The notes beneath the pieces are model-generated. The model saw only the letters and a program-made list of their open reading frames with translations, was not told the origin of the DNA and did no database searches. Positions 40,099-53,275 of a DNA stretch of 64,000 nucleotides are shown here, piece by piece (the first letter of the stretch is position 1; the number at the start of each line of letters is the position of its first letter). Both the position numbers and the translations under genes were made by a program. Source of the DNA: Chiloscyllium plagiosum (Eukaryota); NCBI RefSeq assembly GCF_004010195.1, contig NC_057760.1, positions 2,694,647 to 2,758,646 on the forward strand, read 5' to 3'.

Positions 40099-40372
40099 AT
40101 GCAACTTGCAGTGTCTTCAAGATCAGTTACGTGTCCAACATGCCTTAGTGTAACTCCACCCGGTGAAGTGTGTGGGCTTTTTGTGGATAAATTCCCTGAA
40201 TGGGGTGCCAACATGGTGAATGCTAGAATTGAAGAACAACTCCGACCCATTGAAATATAAAATGCCAGCCCATCTTTTCTCTGACCCTGAGTAAGCAGCT
40301 GTACATTTCCAGCTCTCCCTAGAAGTAAAGCTCCCGTTGGTTCACATTTTACGAAACGCAGAGACTGAATGA

Positions 40373-40621
<249 letters not shown>

Positions 40622-40699
40622 TAAGCAGACCTTCCATATTCCTTCTGTATTGTGCAGGAACTAGATATCCCAACAGAATCCAATTTCTGATCATTACTT

Positions 40700-41194
40700 A
40701 GAGTAATAGAACTGTGCAGTACAGGAACCAACCCTTCAGTCCATGCTGACCAGATATCCGACCCAAACTAGTCCCACCTGCCAGCACCCGGCCCATATCC
40801 CTCCAAACCCTTCCTATTCATATACCCGTCCAAATGCCTTTTAAATGTTGCAGTTGTACCAGCCTCCACCACATCCTCTGGCAGCTCATTCCATACACAT
40901 ACCACCCTCTGTGTGAAAAAGTTGCACCGTAGGTCTCTTTTATATTTCTCTCCTCTCTCCCTAAACCTATGCCCTCTCATTCTGGACTCGCCCACCCCAG
41001 GGAAAAGGCTTTGCCTATTTATCCTATTCATGCCCCTCATCATTTTGTAAACCTCTATAAGGTCACCCCTCAACCTCCGATGTTCCAGGGAAAACAGCCT
41101 CAGCCTGTTCAGCCTCTCCCTGTAGCTCAAACCCTCCAACCCTGGCAACATCCTTGTAAATCTTTTCTGAACCCTTTCAAGTTTCACAACATCT
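40700..41194 (-). mobile_element. CR1 LINE 3' fragment
   Basis: Encodes KLERVQKRFTRMLPGLEGLSYRERLNRL...NFFTQRVVCVWNELP. Confidence 0.92.
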
Positions 41195-41799
41195 TATTGA
41201 GAGGAAGTGCTGAGCAGTGAGCAGGAGTGTGATGTAGTGCCAGAGGTTGGGTCTTTTTTTTGGAAGCAGCCCTTCTGTCTTTATGGAGCAGTCGAGGGGT
41301 ATCTTCTCGTACTTATGTTGGCTGCAGAGTTGAACAATCCTAATTCACAGTAAAGATATGGGGTATAGATCAAGCCAGACAGGTTCTCATTAGCATCCAT
41401 TTGGCAAAAACAAGTGAGAAGTGCAGAAGGAAAGTTTTACTCCATTGATCTTGCCACTAAATGATTCCGGCTCCTGGTTGCATCCAGCCTCAACATTCTA
41501 TCCTGGAAAAAGGAAAGTGCCCACTTCCACAGCTTCCATAAAATGTTACAGTGCAGAAATCAGAGCAGGCTCTTATCACTGCTGCCAATCTCTGCAATGT
41601 CTAATACTGTCCTGATGTCCTTGTCGTTTGATTCTATTTACCCAATGAATATTTTTTTGGCTGAGATTTGCTAAAATACAATATTTGGATTGATTGTTTC
41701 TCTGAGAGTTCTTGGAAATGAAAGGAAAGAACTCCTATTTCCAATAACATCTTTCACATCTTTGGAGTGAGTGAGTGTGTGTGTATGTGTGTCTCCTCA

Positions 41800-42768
41800 G
41801 GATAGCAGCCGGTGACAAGTGGTGTTCCGCTATACATTAACAATCTGGATGAAGGAACTGAGGGCATTCTGGCTACGTTTACAGACAAATGCAAAGATAG
41901 GTGGGGGGGGGGGTAGCATTGAGCTGGTGGGGTGGCTGCAGAAGGATTTGGACAGGCCAGGAGAGTGGGCAAAGAAGTGGCAGAATACAACGTGGGCAAG
42001 TAAGAGGTAGGAAAAATTGAAGCACGGACGGTTTTCTAAATGGGGAGAAAATTCAGAAATCTGAAGTGCAAAGAGTCTTGGGAGTTCTAGTCCAGGATTC
42101 TCTCAAGGTAAACTTGTAGGTTGAGTCAGTAGTTAGGAATGCAAATACAATTATGATTATTTTGAGAGGACTTGAATGTAAAAACAGGGATGTACATCTG
42201 AGGCTTCATAAGGCTCTGGTCAGACCATATTTGGAGTATTGTGCGCAGTTTTGGGCCCCATATCTGAGGAAAGATGTACCACACCTGGAGTGTGTTCAGA
42301 GGAGATTCACAAGAATGGACCCAGGAATGAAAAGCTTAACATACAGGGAATGTTTGAGGACTCTGGGTCTATACTCGATGGAGTTTAGAAGGATGAGGGG
42401 GATCGAATTGAAACTTACACTCTGTCCAGGCTGTTCAGTATTCTGTATGTTGGGAAGATGTTTCCATTGGTAGGAGAGACTAGGACCTGAGGGCACAGCC
42501 TTAGAGTAAAGGGTAGACCTTTTAGAACAGAGATAAGGAGAAACTTCTTCAGTGGGGAATCTATGGAATGCACTGCCACAGAAGGCTGTGGAGGCCAGGT
42601 TGATGAGTATACGTAAGACTGAGATAGACAGGTTCTTGAATATCAAAAGGATCAAGGGTTACAGGGAGGAAGCAGGAGAACGGAGTTGAGAAATTTATCA
42701 GCTGTGATTGAATGACGGAGCAGATTCGATGGGCTGAATGGTCTGATTTCTACTCCTAGGTCTTGTGG
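41800..42768 (+). mobile_element. CR1 LINE fragment
   Basis: Encodes LHKALVRPYLEYCAQFWAPYLRKDV, with RT remnants and a 3' UTR. Confidence 0.88.
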
Positions 42769-42869
42769 GATGTCCCAGTCAATGAAACCATGAAAGTGTG
42801 TTTTGAAATACAATTGTGATATAGGCACATATTGCAACGAAGGTGTGCACAGTAATTTTTGAGGACATC

Positions 42870-43118
42870 AGCTTAAGGTAAGAGGGGGTATGTTTAAAGA
42901 TGTGAGGCAAGTTTATTTACACAGAGGGTGGTAAGTGCCTGGAATGGGCTGCCAGAGGAGGTGGATACAGTAGGAATGATTCCGAGGCATCTTGACGGAT
43001 ACAAGAATAGGCAGGTAATAGAGGCAGGTGCACTGCAAAGAGGCAAAAGGTTAATTTAGAAAGGTATTGTACGTCAATCTTGTTGGGCTGGAGGGGCCTG
43101 TTCTTGGGCTGTATTGAT
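42870..43118 (+). mobile_element. CR1 3' end fragment
   Basis: acacagagggtggtaagtgcctggaatgggctgccagagg and a CR1 terminus. Confidence 0.7.
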
Positions 43119-43344
43119 CTTCGTAGGATAATTCCACAAAGTGTGACGAAAGTAACAGCCATGACTCTCTCGGTGGTGTGTTTTGAGGACTGCATGGATG
43201 GAGGTCTAGGCACTGGGAGGAGTTTTTAGGTCTTCCTCAAAGTGCCTGTGGATGTTTAACCACCAGCTGAACAGCTGACTCCATTGAAATTGAATTTGAA
43301 CCCTCAGCCTTGTGTCTCGGACAGAACTGAGGTAGACTGTTTGA

Positions 43345-43515
<171 letters not shown>

Positions 43516-43866
43516 TAAGAGGCAGAAGCAAATGTATGTTGAACATACTACTGCACATGGTGTTTACAAGCAGGTTTCTGGTTAAAAGTGCTGTGCAATG
43601 TTAGCAATAAATCCATCCAGTTGCCTGGTTACATGAAAAGTCTTGCTTTCGGAACTACATGCCGAATAAATGTGTTGTTGATCTGTGGAAGCATGAAGTG
43701 CACTGGTTGAGAACAAGAAAGAACACCACTAAAGAAAATGTAAATTGATTATTTAAACTTCAGCATGTTCTCAACAGTAAATGGAGCAGGAACTGTCTGG
43801 GTAAACATGACTACTGTTTTCATCTGCTTTGTCTGATCTGATTTGATGTAGAATTTTTGCTCTTCT

Positions 43867-44153
43867 GGGGGTGGTACGATGGCTCAGTGGTTACCACTGC
43901 TGCCTCACAGCACCAGGGTCCCAGGTTTGATTCCAGCCTGAGGCAACTGTCTGTGTGGAGTTTGTACGTTCTCCCCGTGTCTGCATGGGTTTACTCCGGT
44001 TTCCTCCCACATTCCAAAGATGTGCTATGCTAAATTGTCTATAGTGTTAGCTGCATTAGTTAGAAGGCAATGGGTCTGGGTGGGTTACTGTGTGAAGTTG
44101 TTGGGTCGAAGGGCCTGTTTCCACATTGTAAAGAATCGAATCTAATCTAATCT
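43867..44153 (+). mobile_element. HE1-like V-SINE
   Basis: A box tggctcagtgg, B box ggtttgattcc, central domain and (tctaa)n tail. Confidence 0.85.
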
Positions 44154-44272
44154 TAAAAAAAAAATGGTGCCAGAAGATCTTTAACATTGACAGGATAGAT
44201 TGTAGCTGGCTGTAACTGCCAATGTTAAATGCCCTCATGTACCCTACACTGTCGTTGAACTGAACAGTGGCA

Positions 44273-44578
44273 TCCTTTAAAAATCTCACAACATCACATT
44301 ATAGTCCAACAGGTCTATTTGTAAGCAGTAGCTTTCAGAGGGCTGCTCCATCAGATAACTAGTGGGGTAGGATCATAAGACACAATTTATAGCAAAAGAT
44401 CACAGTGTCATGCAATTAAAATCTAGATTGCTGTTTGTTCAGTGTATCATTTTAATTGCACGATGAAGGAGCAGCGCTCTGAAAGCTAGTGCTTCCAACT
44501 AAACCTGTTGGACTATAACCAGGTGTTGTGTGATTTTTAACTTTGTCCACCCCAATCCAACACCGGCTCCTCCATATT
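44273..44578. mobile_element. Penelope-derived inverted pLTR pair (second family)
   Basis: 44278-44353 is an imperfect reverse complement of 44462-44540. Degenerate hammerhead gatgaaggagcagcgctctgaaagcta. Possible TSD agtggca. Confidence 0.7.
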
Positions 44579-45294
44579 AGTGGCACAATGAAAGATACTC
44601 TTGCAGTCCTGCTTTAGGCAGTCCACTGCAGCTATGATCTAGGGGTTCAATATACTGGGAGATCAAGGCACTACTTTGGCCCAAAACCATGTGACCTCCA
44701 TCACCATGTGTCGACTCCACCCATCAAAGACTGACCAGACTCTGTTCTCAAGATCCAAATCAACTAAAGCGTTCCTGTTTGCTATATTGGAGTGACTGTG
44801 ACCACGGAAGTTGAAGGGTCATCGTTTACGATTGATTACATTACTTCATTTAGGGTTTTAGACCTCTCTAAGGGAATCAACGGAACTAAAATGTACTCCT
44901 TCAGTCGTCATGTGTCTGCATGGGGGTGCAGGTTAATTTTACAGTCGAGCCCAGCCATGTTACTGAGATGAGTTCTCAATGCGGAAAAAAGAACTTCTCT
45001 TCAAGTTGCACTCAGGACAGATAATATCAGCACATTTTTAATTATGGCATCACAGCTGAGGCTAACCCTACCCTTAGGTAGTATTCACAGCCTGGCACCA
45101 GATAATTGTAAGGAACAGACTCAGGCCTTCTGAGATTTGTCATCTCCCTGCCCTGGGACATGGAGATTAATTTTTGTACCTCTTGGCCCAGACCTGATTG
45201 AAGCATCATACAGATTGAGTTTAGAATTGTGCAGCTCTGAGATAAACTGCATAAACAATCATGAACCAAGTACACATTTCATTTTCTGCTCTAG

Positions 45295-45403
45295 GTCGGT
45301 TAATGGTGTTTACAGGATTGGGCTGTTTGCCTTGAAAGATGTAATGGCTGGGACTGAACTGACGTATGACTACAACTTCCACGCATTCAACCTGGAGAAG
45401 CAG
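45295..45403 (+). CDS. ASH1L: ASH1L coding exon (SET C-terminus and autoinhibitory loop)
   Basis: Acceptor ctctag|G, donor CAG|gtaatg. Encodes SVNGVYRIGLFALKDVMAGTELTYDYNFHAFNLEKQ. Confidence 0.97.
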
Positions 45404-45591
45404 GTAATGTGGTTGGCTGCAGCATTCTGTAACCATTTGCACACTATAGCACCACACTACTGTCTGCAAAAAGTCATCCAAAATATCTGGTTCACTGCAT
45501 GCTATAGAAACCACTATGAAGTTAGATAAAATCCAATGTTTTGTTAGTTACAGCATGTGCCCCGGAAATACACCGAGGGCCATTTTCTCAG

Positions 45592-45718
45592 ATTCCTGAA
45601 GAAGGGCTTTTGCCCGAAACATCGATTCTCCTGTTCCTTGGCTGCTGCCTGACCTGCTGCGCTTTTCCAGCAACACATTTTCAGCTCTGATCTCCAGCAT
45701 CTGCAGTCCTCACTTTCT
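45592..45718 (+). mobile_element. Short Penelope pLTR insertion
   Basis: 12-bp TSD ccattttctcag at 45580-45591 and 45719-45730. Begins attcCTGAAGAAGGGCTTTTGCCCGAAAC. Confidence 0.85.
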
Positions 45719-45805
45719 CCATTTTCTCAGTAAGCCTAGTTTGAACCATATCAGGCTGGTGTTAGGAATCTCACTCTGCACTTAGTCACCAAAACTTATG
45801 TCGTG

Positions 45806-45902
45806 AATGGGTCTGGGTGGGTTGCGCTTCGGCAGGTCGGTGTGGACTTGTTGCGCCGAAGGGCCTGTTTTCACACTGTATGTAATCTCATCTAATCTAA
45901 TC
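45806..45902 (+). mobile_element. HE1-like SINE 3' fragment
   Basis: aatgggtctgggtggg...gggcctgtttt...tctaatctaa. Confidence 0.7.
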
Positions 45903-46684
45903 GTATATATACGGTGACAGTGTTGTTAAAAGCCGGACTATGATGCACCCTGTGCACTTGAAGCTTACAGTCCTTCCTCCTTTTTAACTGATGTGCAGTT
46001 GCTTTACTCACAAGGTGATGGCTACAAGGAATGTGTGTGGTTATTTTTCTTTCCCCCGCCCTATAAGGACCATAAGGAACTGTGTGATCACCTTGGCTAA
46101 TGATATGACCATTTGGGTCCCCTCAGCATTACACTGAGAGAGTTTAATCACATGGGGTTTAGAGTGGGGGGTCTCAGCACTGATCTTTTGGGTGTCTACT
46201 CCTCTGTACCTGTGTGAATCAAAATGGGACATTACAAACGTGAGCACACTGTGCTGACTGAGTGACGTTCCATGAATTGTATCAGTTTCTGAAATCAGCC
46301 TAAAGCAGTTAGCACATCTGAAGAAGTGACGGGAATGCTGTTGAGGTTGTTTCCATGTGTTTCCTTTATATTTAAACATGAACAGCCCAAATGGCACAGT
46401 AACAGAAAACTGTGTAAATGTTCTCACTTCATTTCTGTGTGTCAGATATTGTGTTGAACTTCTGTTGTCCCGGCTGAAAAATTCACGTCTGCATTAGTTT
46501 AAGGCTCTTTCATTCCCAGCGAATATCAGACAGGAAGACAGCCACCCATAATATGGAAATACATTGATCTCAGTAATTGAAATTGAAACTGTCATACTGT
46601 GCATCAGAGAAGCTGCTCTTATTAAACTGGGGCCAGAAATATTTAGGTAGACCTTTACTGTACCTGACCTGGTAATGTTCGCTG

Positions 46685-46870
46685 GTGACAGTGTAGTGGA
46701 AGCTTTACTGTGCTATCCCTGTCATGTGAATATTTGCTGGGGGACAGTGTAGAGGAAGCTTTACTCTATCTAACCCCCTGCAGTCCTCTCCTCGGAGTAT
46801 CTTTATGGACCCAGTGTAGAGGAAGCATTTCTCTTTATCTAACCCCATGCTGTCCCTGTCCTGAGAATAT
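46685..46870 (+). repeat. Dispersed tandem repeat family (ggggacagtgtagaggaagctttactct..tatctaacccc)
   Basis: About 3 degenerate units. Related copies at about 14260-14325 (+), 29640-29730 (-) and 38445-38575 (-). Confidence 0.65.
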
Positions 46871-47475
46871 TTTTAGGTACAGTCGAGATTATTTAAGATC
46901 AAGAATTTAACCTGAGTAATCAAAGTGATATGGTAGACCTCTGCTTACAATAGATGTGGTTTGTTGACAGATTGTAAGCCAGATAAGTCACTTTTGCTTC
47001 ACCGAAATGCACTGGTATGACCAATCACCAGTTAAGATCATAATTCTATTCGGCCAAACTCCAGGACTCTGACACAAAAGCACAATACTTTAGTATGCAG
47101 TAAATTTTCACCAAGTCATATGAAGCGAAACTAGGGTTAAAGTTTAGGTCAATGCTCTTTCATCAGGCAGGCTGTGAAAAATGGCCATCGACCTAAAACA
47201 TTAACTCTATTTCGCTGTACACGTCTTGGTTGACTTGTTGAGTTTCCCTGGGTCTCTCTGTACAATGGGCTCTGTCAGAAAGAACACAGAGGTTCTTGAA
47301 ACTTGACAGCGCTGGGGAAGCCTTGAATTGAATCCTCTGCATTTTTGACACAGCGGCTCTGATTTGTTTGAATGCCACGTGTAGCTGATGCACTGGGCTC
47401 ATGAAGTTTGAAGAGTGAATTCACCGAGGCATGGCTAAAACCACCGGCATTGCTTGGGTGTTTTGTGTGTTGCAG

Positions 47476-47637
47476 CAAATTTGTAAATGTGGGGCGGAGA
47501 AATGTCGTGGCATTATCGGAGGACGCAGCCAGAGGGTGAATGGATTGCTGAACAAAAATGGCCAGCATGCAAATGGACAGAAGAAACCAGGCAGATTGAA
47601 GGAGAAGAGGAAATCCAAGCACAGGTTAAAGAAAAGG
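47476..47637 (+). CDS. ASH1L: ASH1L coding exon (post-SET CxCxxxxC)
   Basis: Acceptor ttgcag|CAA, donor AGG|gtaagt. Encodes [23 protein letters not shown]...[13 protein letters not shown]. Confidence 0.96.
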
Positions 47638-47641
47638 GTAA

Positions 47642-47977
47642 GTCATAGAATCCCTACGGTGAGGGAGCAGGCCATTCGGTCCATCTAGTCCGCACTAATT
47701 CTCCAAAGAGCATGCTGCCCCTACCCTATCCCTGTAACCCTGCATTTCCCATGGCTAACCCATCTAGCCTGCACATTCCTGGATACTGCTGGGCAATTTA
47801 GCATGGCCAATTCGCCCTAACCTGCACATCTTTGGACCGTGGGAGGAAACCGGAGTCCGCACCTGAAAGAAATCCATGCAAACGCTGCGAATGTGCAAAC
47901 TCCATACAGTTGTCTGAGGCTGGAGTCGAACCTGGGTCCCTGGTGCTGTGAGGCCATAGTGCTAACCACTGAGCCCC
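47642..47977 (-). mobile_element. HE1-like V-SINE abutting the splice donor
   Basis: Tail gtcatagaatccctac, central domain and tRNA-like head on the minus strand. Confidence 0.82.
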
Positions 47978-49061
47978 AATCATACAATTAGATGTGGGTG
48001 TCACTGGATGGGCCAGCATTTATTTCCCATTCCCAATTGCTCCTGAACTGAGCGATTTGCTTGACCATTTTGGGGAGTCCATCACATTTGCTATGGGTCT
48101 GCAGTTGCATGTCAGCCAGTCCAGGTAAGGATAGCAGGTGTCCTTCCCCTAAAGGTCACTAGTGAATCGGGGCTTTTATGTCATTGCCAATGTTTATGTG
48201 ATCCACCATCACTGAGACTTGCTTTCGAGATAAACTTATAATCAAACTGTTCAGAGATGTTATTACACACCTCTGGAGGAAGTGGAACCTGAGCCCTGGC
48301 TCCTAGCTCAGAGGTAGGGGGTCTGCAACTGCAGAGCCCCCACAGATGTTCTCTTTATTCCAAGTGTGATTAATTGAAGCTAAATGAATTGGTGGATTTT
48401 AGATCCGATCATAGTCAACCAACTGCCATAGTGGGATTTGAACCTCTGACCCCACAGCATTAGGTTGGGCTTCTGGATTACCACTAGGCCATGGCCTCCC
48501 ACTGTGTTTATTCTTTGGAGCAGTATACGTCCTTTATTTTCTCTATGCTTCTCTTTTCCTCTCTTGGAGTGGCTGACTTTTATGGTCCAGTGCCCTATTG
48601 GCTAATGTCTTCCATGAGACTTGGCAGTGATGTAAGGGTACATTGCTACAAAGTTTGATTCTTTCCTTGTCTATCATACATATTCCCTGATGGAGACATA
48701 GCGTAGTGATCAGGAGCAGGAATCCTAACTGATGTCCCCATTTCCGATCACTGTTCCTTGTTGGAGCCACTGTCGAGCAATCAGGAACTGGAATCCTGAT
48801 TGACATTTTCACTCCCAAACCCTAACCAAGGAACATTGAGGCTGAGAGTGGGTAACTGAGTATATGTTGCAAGCTAGGGGGATAGATAGGTAATCACTTT
48901 GCCTTGCCCAGGGTAGTCGCTTTGTTTTGTTCATTCCCAGGAGAGCTATGTGGTTGTTCCATCTCAGAGATACACATCTGCTCTAGTTGGAGTTTGCCTG
49001 TGATTTAAGGATGTCAAAAGCAAGTGCATGTCTCAACTATTCATTTTGTGTTTCATCACAG

Positions 49062-49156
49062 AGGGGGCATGTATCAGAGGAGCCGAGTGAAAATGTCAAC
49101 AACCCTGCCAAACTGAGCCAACCTCACCAGATGAAGCCCATGTCCAACAGGGAGAG
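49062..49156 (+). CDS. ASH1L: ASH1L coding exon
   Basis: Acceptor catcacag|AGG, donor AG|gtagga. Encodes [32 protein letters not shown]. Confidence 0.93.
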
Positions 49157-49729
49157 GTAGGACTTGATGTTCAGCAACAAAGTCACACCATAGAACGACA
49201 CAGATTCTACAGAATGCTTTCCTAATGTCATCAATTGTGGGTTAGTTTGCAAAATGTGCTGTGGGTGATCAGTATCTTCTCCCAAAAAGAGCCAGTCACA
49301 CCTTAAACTAGCCTTTCTCTGTTCTATCCAAGCCTTGTGCTATTTCACCCCGGCCCCTGATTGCCTTCAGGGTATGAAAATCTGGGTACTGAGTACTTAT
49401 TCAGTTAGGAAGTGCATTGTGTCGCGATCTGAGATCCAGGCAATCAGCTAGTAATCGCAGGCATCTGTTAAAGGTGTTGCCAGGCCTGTTCTGCAGTTGG
49501 TCAACAATTTGGCACAGAGTATAGTTGTGATGCAGCAGAGAAGTAGACCCATCAGCCAGTCATTGCCTGTGCCATCACTCTGAGTTCCCTTTTTAATCAG
49601 AGCACATTCTCCAAGCCTTGCAAACTATTACTTTATCATCATGTCACCAGTTGTATTTGAAACCTTGAATTAATTTTCCAGTTCCCTTCTTTCCCTCTCC
49701 CCCACCCTCTCCCCCACCCTCTCCCCCAC

Positions 49730-50437
49730 NNNNNNNNNNNNNNNNNNNNNNNNNNNNNNNNNNNNNNNNNNNNNNNNNNNNNNNNNNNNNNNNNNNNNNN
49801 NNNNNNNNNNNNNNNNNNNNNNNNNNNNNNNNNNNNNNNNNNNNNNNNNNNNNNNNNNNNNNNNNNNNNNNNNNNNNNNNNNNNNNNNNNNNNNNNNNNN
49901 NNNNNNNNNNNNNNNNNNNNNNNNNNNNNNNNNNNNNNNNNNNNNNNNNNNNNNNNNNNNNNNNNNNNNNNNNNNNNNNNNNNNNNNNNNNNNNNNNNNN
50001 NNNNNNNNNNNNNNNNNNNNNNNNNNNNNNNNNNNNNNNNNNNNNNNNNNNNNNNNNNNNNNNNNNNNNNNNNNNNNNNNNNNNNNNNNNNNNNNNNNNN
50101 NNNNNNNNNNNNNNNNNNNNNNNNNNNNNNNNNNNNNNNNNNNNNNNNNNNNNNNNNNNNNNNNNNNNNNNNNNNNNNNNNNNNNNNNNNNNNNNNNNNN
50201 NNNNNNNNNNNNNNNNNNNNNNNNNNNNNNNNNNNNNNNNNNNNNNNNNNNNNNNNNNNNNNNNNNNNNNNNNNNNNNNNNNNNNNNNNNNNNNNNNNNN
50301 NNNNNNNNNNNNNNNNNNNNNNNNNNNNNNNNNNNNNNNNNNNNNNNNNNNNNNNNNNNNNNNNNNNNNNNNNNNNNNNNNNNNNNNNNNNNNNNNNNNN
50401 NNNNNNNNNNNNNNNNNNNNNNNNNNNNNNNNNNNNN
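49730..50437. other. Assembly gap preceded by (ccctctccccca)n repeat
   Basis: Run of N with C-rich flanks. Confidence 0.99.
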
Positions 50438-51019
50438 CCCACCCCCTCTCCGGCCTACCACCCCAACGCTCAGACCCACATCCCACTGTTAAAAACAGCC
50501 ACCTGCTTCCTGTGGCAAATTACTGTGTTCAAACTGGCATTGTCTAACTCTGCATGGCCTAGAATAGAGAGTTTGGGTTGTAAGTCTCATGGTAGGGGAC
50601 AGTCTTGCTCTTCATGATCCCAATCCAGTATTGACACTACAACTTGCCAAACAAATTGCTGATCCCACTCAACCCATTTGAGAGTATCCAGCTCCGAATA
50701 ACAATAGGAAACTTTCTGTGACTGAGAAATTGACTTATCAGGCCCAACTGTAGCACTGCGGCAGGCTGCCAAGTAACTGATGGAGTAGCAGAGTGCCCTT
50801 TATCGTTTTCTGTGACCAGTCCATGCTGAGCATTGGCCTCTAGCTGTAGTTTAGTGCTGTCCCGGTGCTGGTGTTACCGTAATGATGCATTATGGTGGCA
50901 CACAAACATCTTAGTTGTCACTTCCAGCTCATGTTGTGTGATGTGCCGAAGCAGTTCCCAATTAAATGTTTTCACGCCGTAACAATCGGATTGTTCTTAT
51001 TTCACCCAGTTAAATTTCC

Positions 51020-51205
51020 CTGAAACAAAAAGCAGAAGTTGCTGGAAAAACCCACTAAGTCTAGCAGCAGCTGTGAAGAGAAATTAAAGTTAATGCTGTT
51101 CAGTTCTGAGGGGGTCACCGGACCTGAAACGTTAATTTTGATATCTCTTTGCAGGTGCTGAGTGTTTCCAGTAACTTCTTTTGCAACATCTGCAGTTCTT
51201 TTGGT
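51020..51205. mobile_element. Degenerate Penelope inverted pLTR remnant
   Basis: agaagttgctggaaa ... tttccagtaacttct inverted pair, with a hammerhead-like ctgagggggtcaccggacctgaaacgtt. Confidence 0.55.
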
Positions 51206-51469
51206 TAATCGTCTGAGTTAACCCGGGTCTGTGGTGATAGCAGGTGATTCTGGAAACATGCAGCTACCTGTCAGCATCTGAGAGAAGCTCAGATTCTGTC
51301 CATCTGAACTGATTTTGAGCCTTATCCCTAAATATTTGCCCATCTGAGTGTGGTTGCAACGTGGATTTCCAGCAGTTTCTGTTCTTTGCATTCAAGGCTT
51401 ATTGATTTGATCTTGGCTGCTTTCCGAAACACATCTCTCTTCTCTCTTCCCTGGGGGATGTAGATTGTG

Positions 51470-53275
51470 GGTGGCTGTTTGAGGGTACATCCACATATGG
51501 CACATGGGAATCTTTTTAAAGGGCAGTTGATTAGAGTTCAGGACTGTGTTGGAACCAGTACATTCCTGTCACCATGAAGGATAAGGACAGCAAGATTCGG
51601 AACCTTGGATGACAAGAAATTGAGAGCTTAGTCAGCAAGAAGAAAGAAGCATATGTAAACTTTAGGAAGCTGAAGACCGACAGAGCCTTCGTGGAATATA
51701 AAGGAAAAAATTTAAAGAAGGAACTAGGAGGGCTAAGAGGGATCAACGGGATTAAGGAAAATACCAAGGCTTTTTATATGTATCTAAGGAGCAAGAGGGT
51801 AGCCAGGGGAAGTGTGGAGGACGCATGGAGCCAGAGGGTGTGGGTGAGGTCCTTCACAAAGGAGAAGAACCTGGTGGATGGTGAGTCCTGGGGAGCCATG
51901 TTGATATTCTAGGGCATGTCCATGTAAAAAAGGTGGTGTTGGGTGGTTTGAAACTTAAGATGGATCTGTCCCAGAATGCTGAGGGGGGAAATTGCTATGG
52001 CCTTGTACAAAATCTTTGTATCCTGTTTAGTCACAGGCAAGGTCCCATAGGATTGAAGAATAGCCAGTGTTGTTCCTTTGTTTAACAAGGGTATCAGGGA
52101 CAATCTGGAAAAGTACAAGCCTGTGAACTTTCTCAGTGGTAGGGATGTTATTGGAGAAGATTCTTAGGGACAGGATTTACTCACAATTGGAAAAATATGG
52201 GATTATTAGCAATCAGCAGCATGACCTTATGCAGGGAAGGTCATATCTCTCAAACTTGAGTTTTCCAAGGAAATGGCGGAGGGCAGGGTGATAGTGGATG
52301 TTGTCTACATGGACTTTAGCAAGGCCTTGACAAGGTCCCTCATGGCAGGCTGGTACAAAAGGTGAAGTCCCTTGATCTGCAGTGGGCTGGTACAATAGCT
52401 ACCGAACTATATTATTCATTGTTTTGTTTTCTGACTGGGAATCTGTGACAAGTGTTGTGTGGGGATCAGTGCTGGGACCCCTGTTTGTAATATAAATGAT
52501 TTGGAGGCGAATGTCTGTGGTCTGATTAGGAGGTTTTCGGGTAACACAAAACATTTGGGGAGCTGTGGACAGTACAGTGAATGGCAGAACCCTAAGAAGT
52601 ATTAATGTCAGAGTGATCTGGGCGTAGTTCTCTGAAAGTGGCAACACAAGTATATAAGATGGTCAAGAAGGTATGTTTGCCTTCATCAGTCAGGGCACAG
52701 AGTATAAAAATTGGCAAGTCATATTGCAGTTATATAGAACTTTAGTTCAGCCACATGTAGGTTATTGCATACAGTTCTAGTCTCCACACCTCCAAAAGAA
52801 TATGGAGGCTTTGAGGAGGGTACAGAAACCGTTCACCAGGATGTTTCATGGTTTAGAAGGTATTAGATGTGAGGAGAGATCAGATAAATTTGGTCAGTTT
52901 TTCACTTCAACATCAAAGGCTGGGGAGCAACCTGATACAAATTTACAAAATTATGACAGGCATAGATAGAGTGTATAGTTGGGTCGAAATGCCCGTTACT
53001 GGAGGGACATAGATCCAAGGAGGGAAGTTTAAAGGAGATGTGAAAGGAAAGCTTTTTACACAGAGGGTGGGAAGTGCCTGCAATGTGCTGCCACAGTAGG
53101 TGGTAGAAGCAGATACAATAGCAATGCTTAAGAGGCATTTGGACAGATACATGAGGCGGCGGGGGACAGAAAGATAGGGACCGTGCCACTGCAGAAAGTG
53201 TTTAGTTTTGAAAATGCATCATGGGTCAGCACAAGTTTGGGCTGAAGGACCTGTTCCTGTGCTGTACTGTTCTCT
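51470..53275 (+). mobile_element. Heavily deleted CR1 LINE (ORF2 remnants to 3' end)
   Basis: Remnants of IKENTKAFY, W..A.VVPLFNKG, VDVVYMDFSKA and GSVLGP, plus a CR1 terminus. Confidence 0.88.

Noticed and set aside
39445..40104. Functional reverse transcriptase gene
   Set aside because: A 5'-truncated CR1 fragment, frameshifted downstream, with no endonuclease domain.
49639..50486. Long poly-X ORFs
   Set aside because: Artefacts of the N gap.
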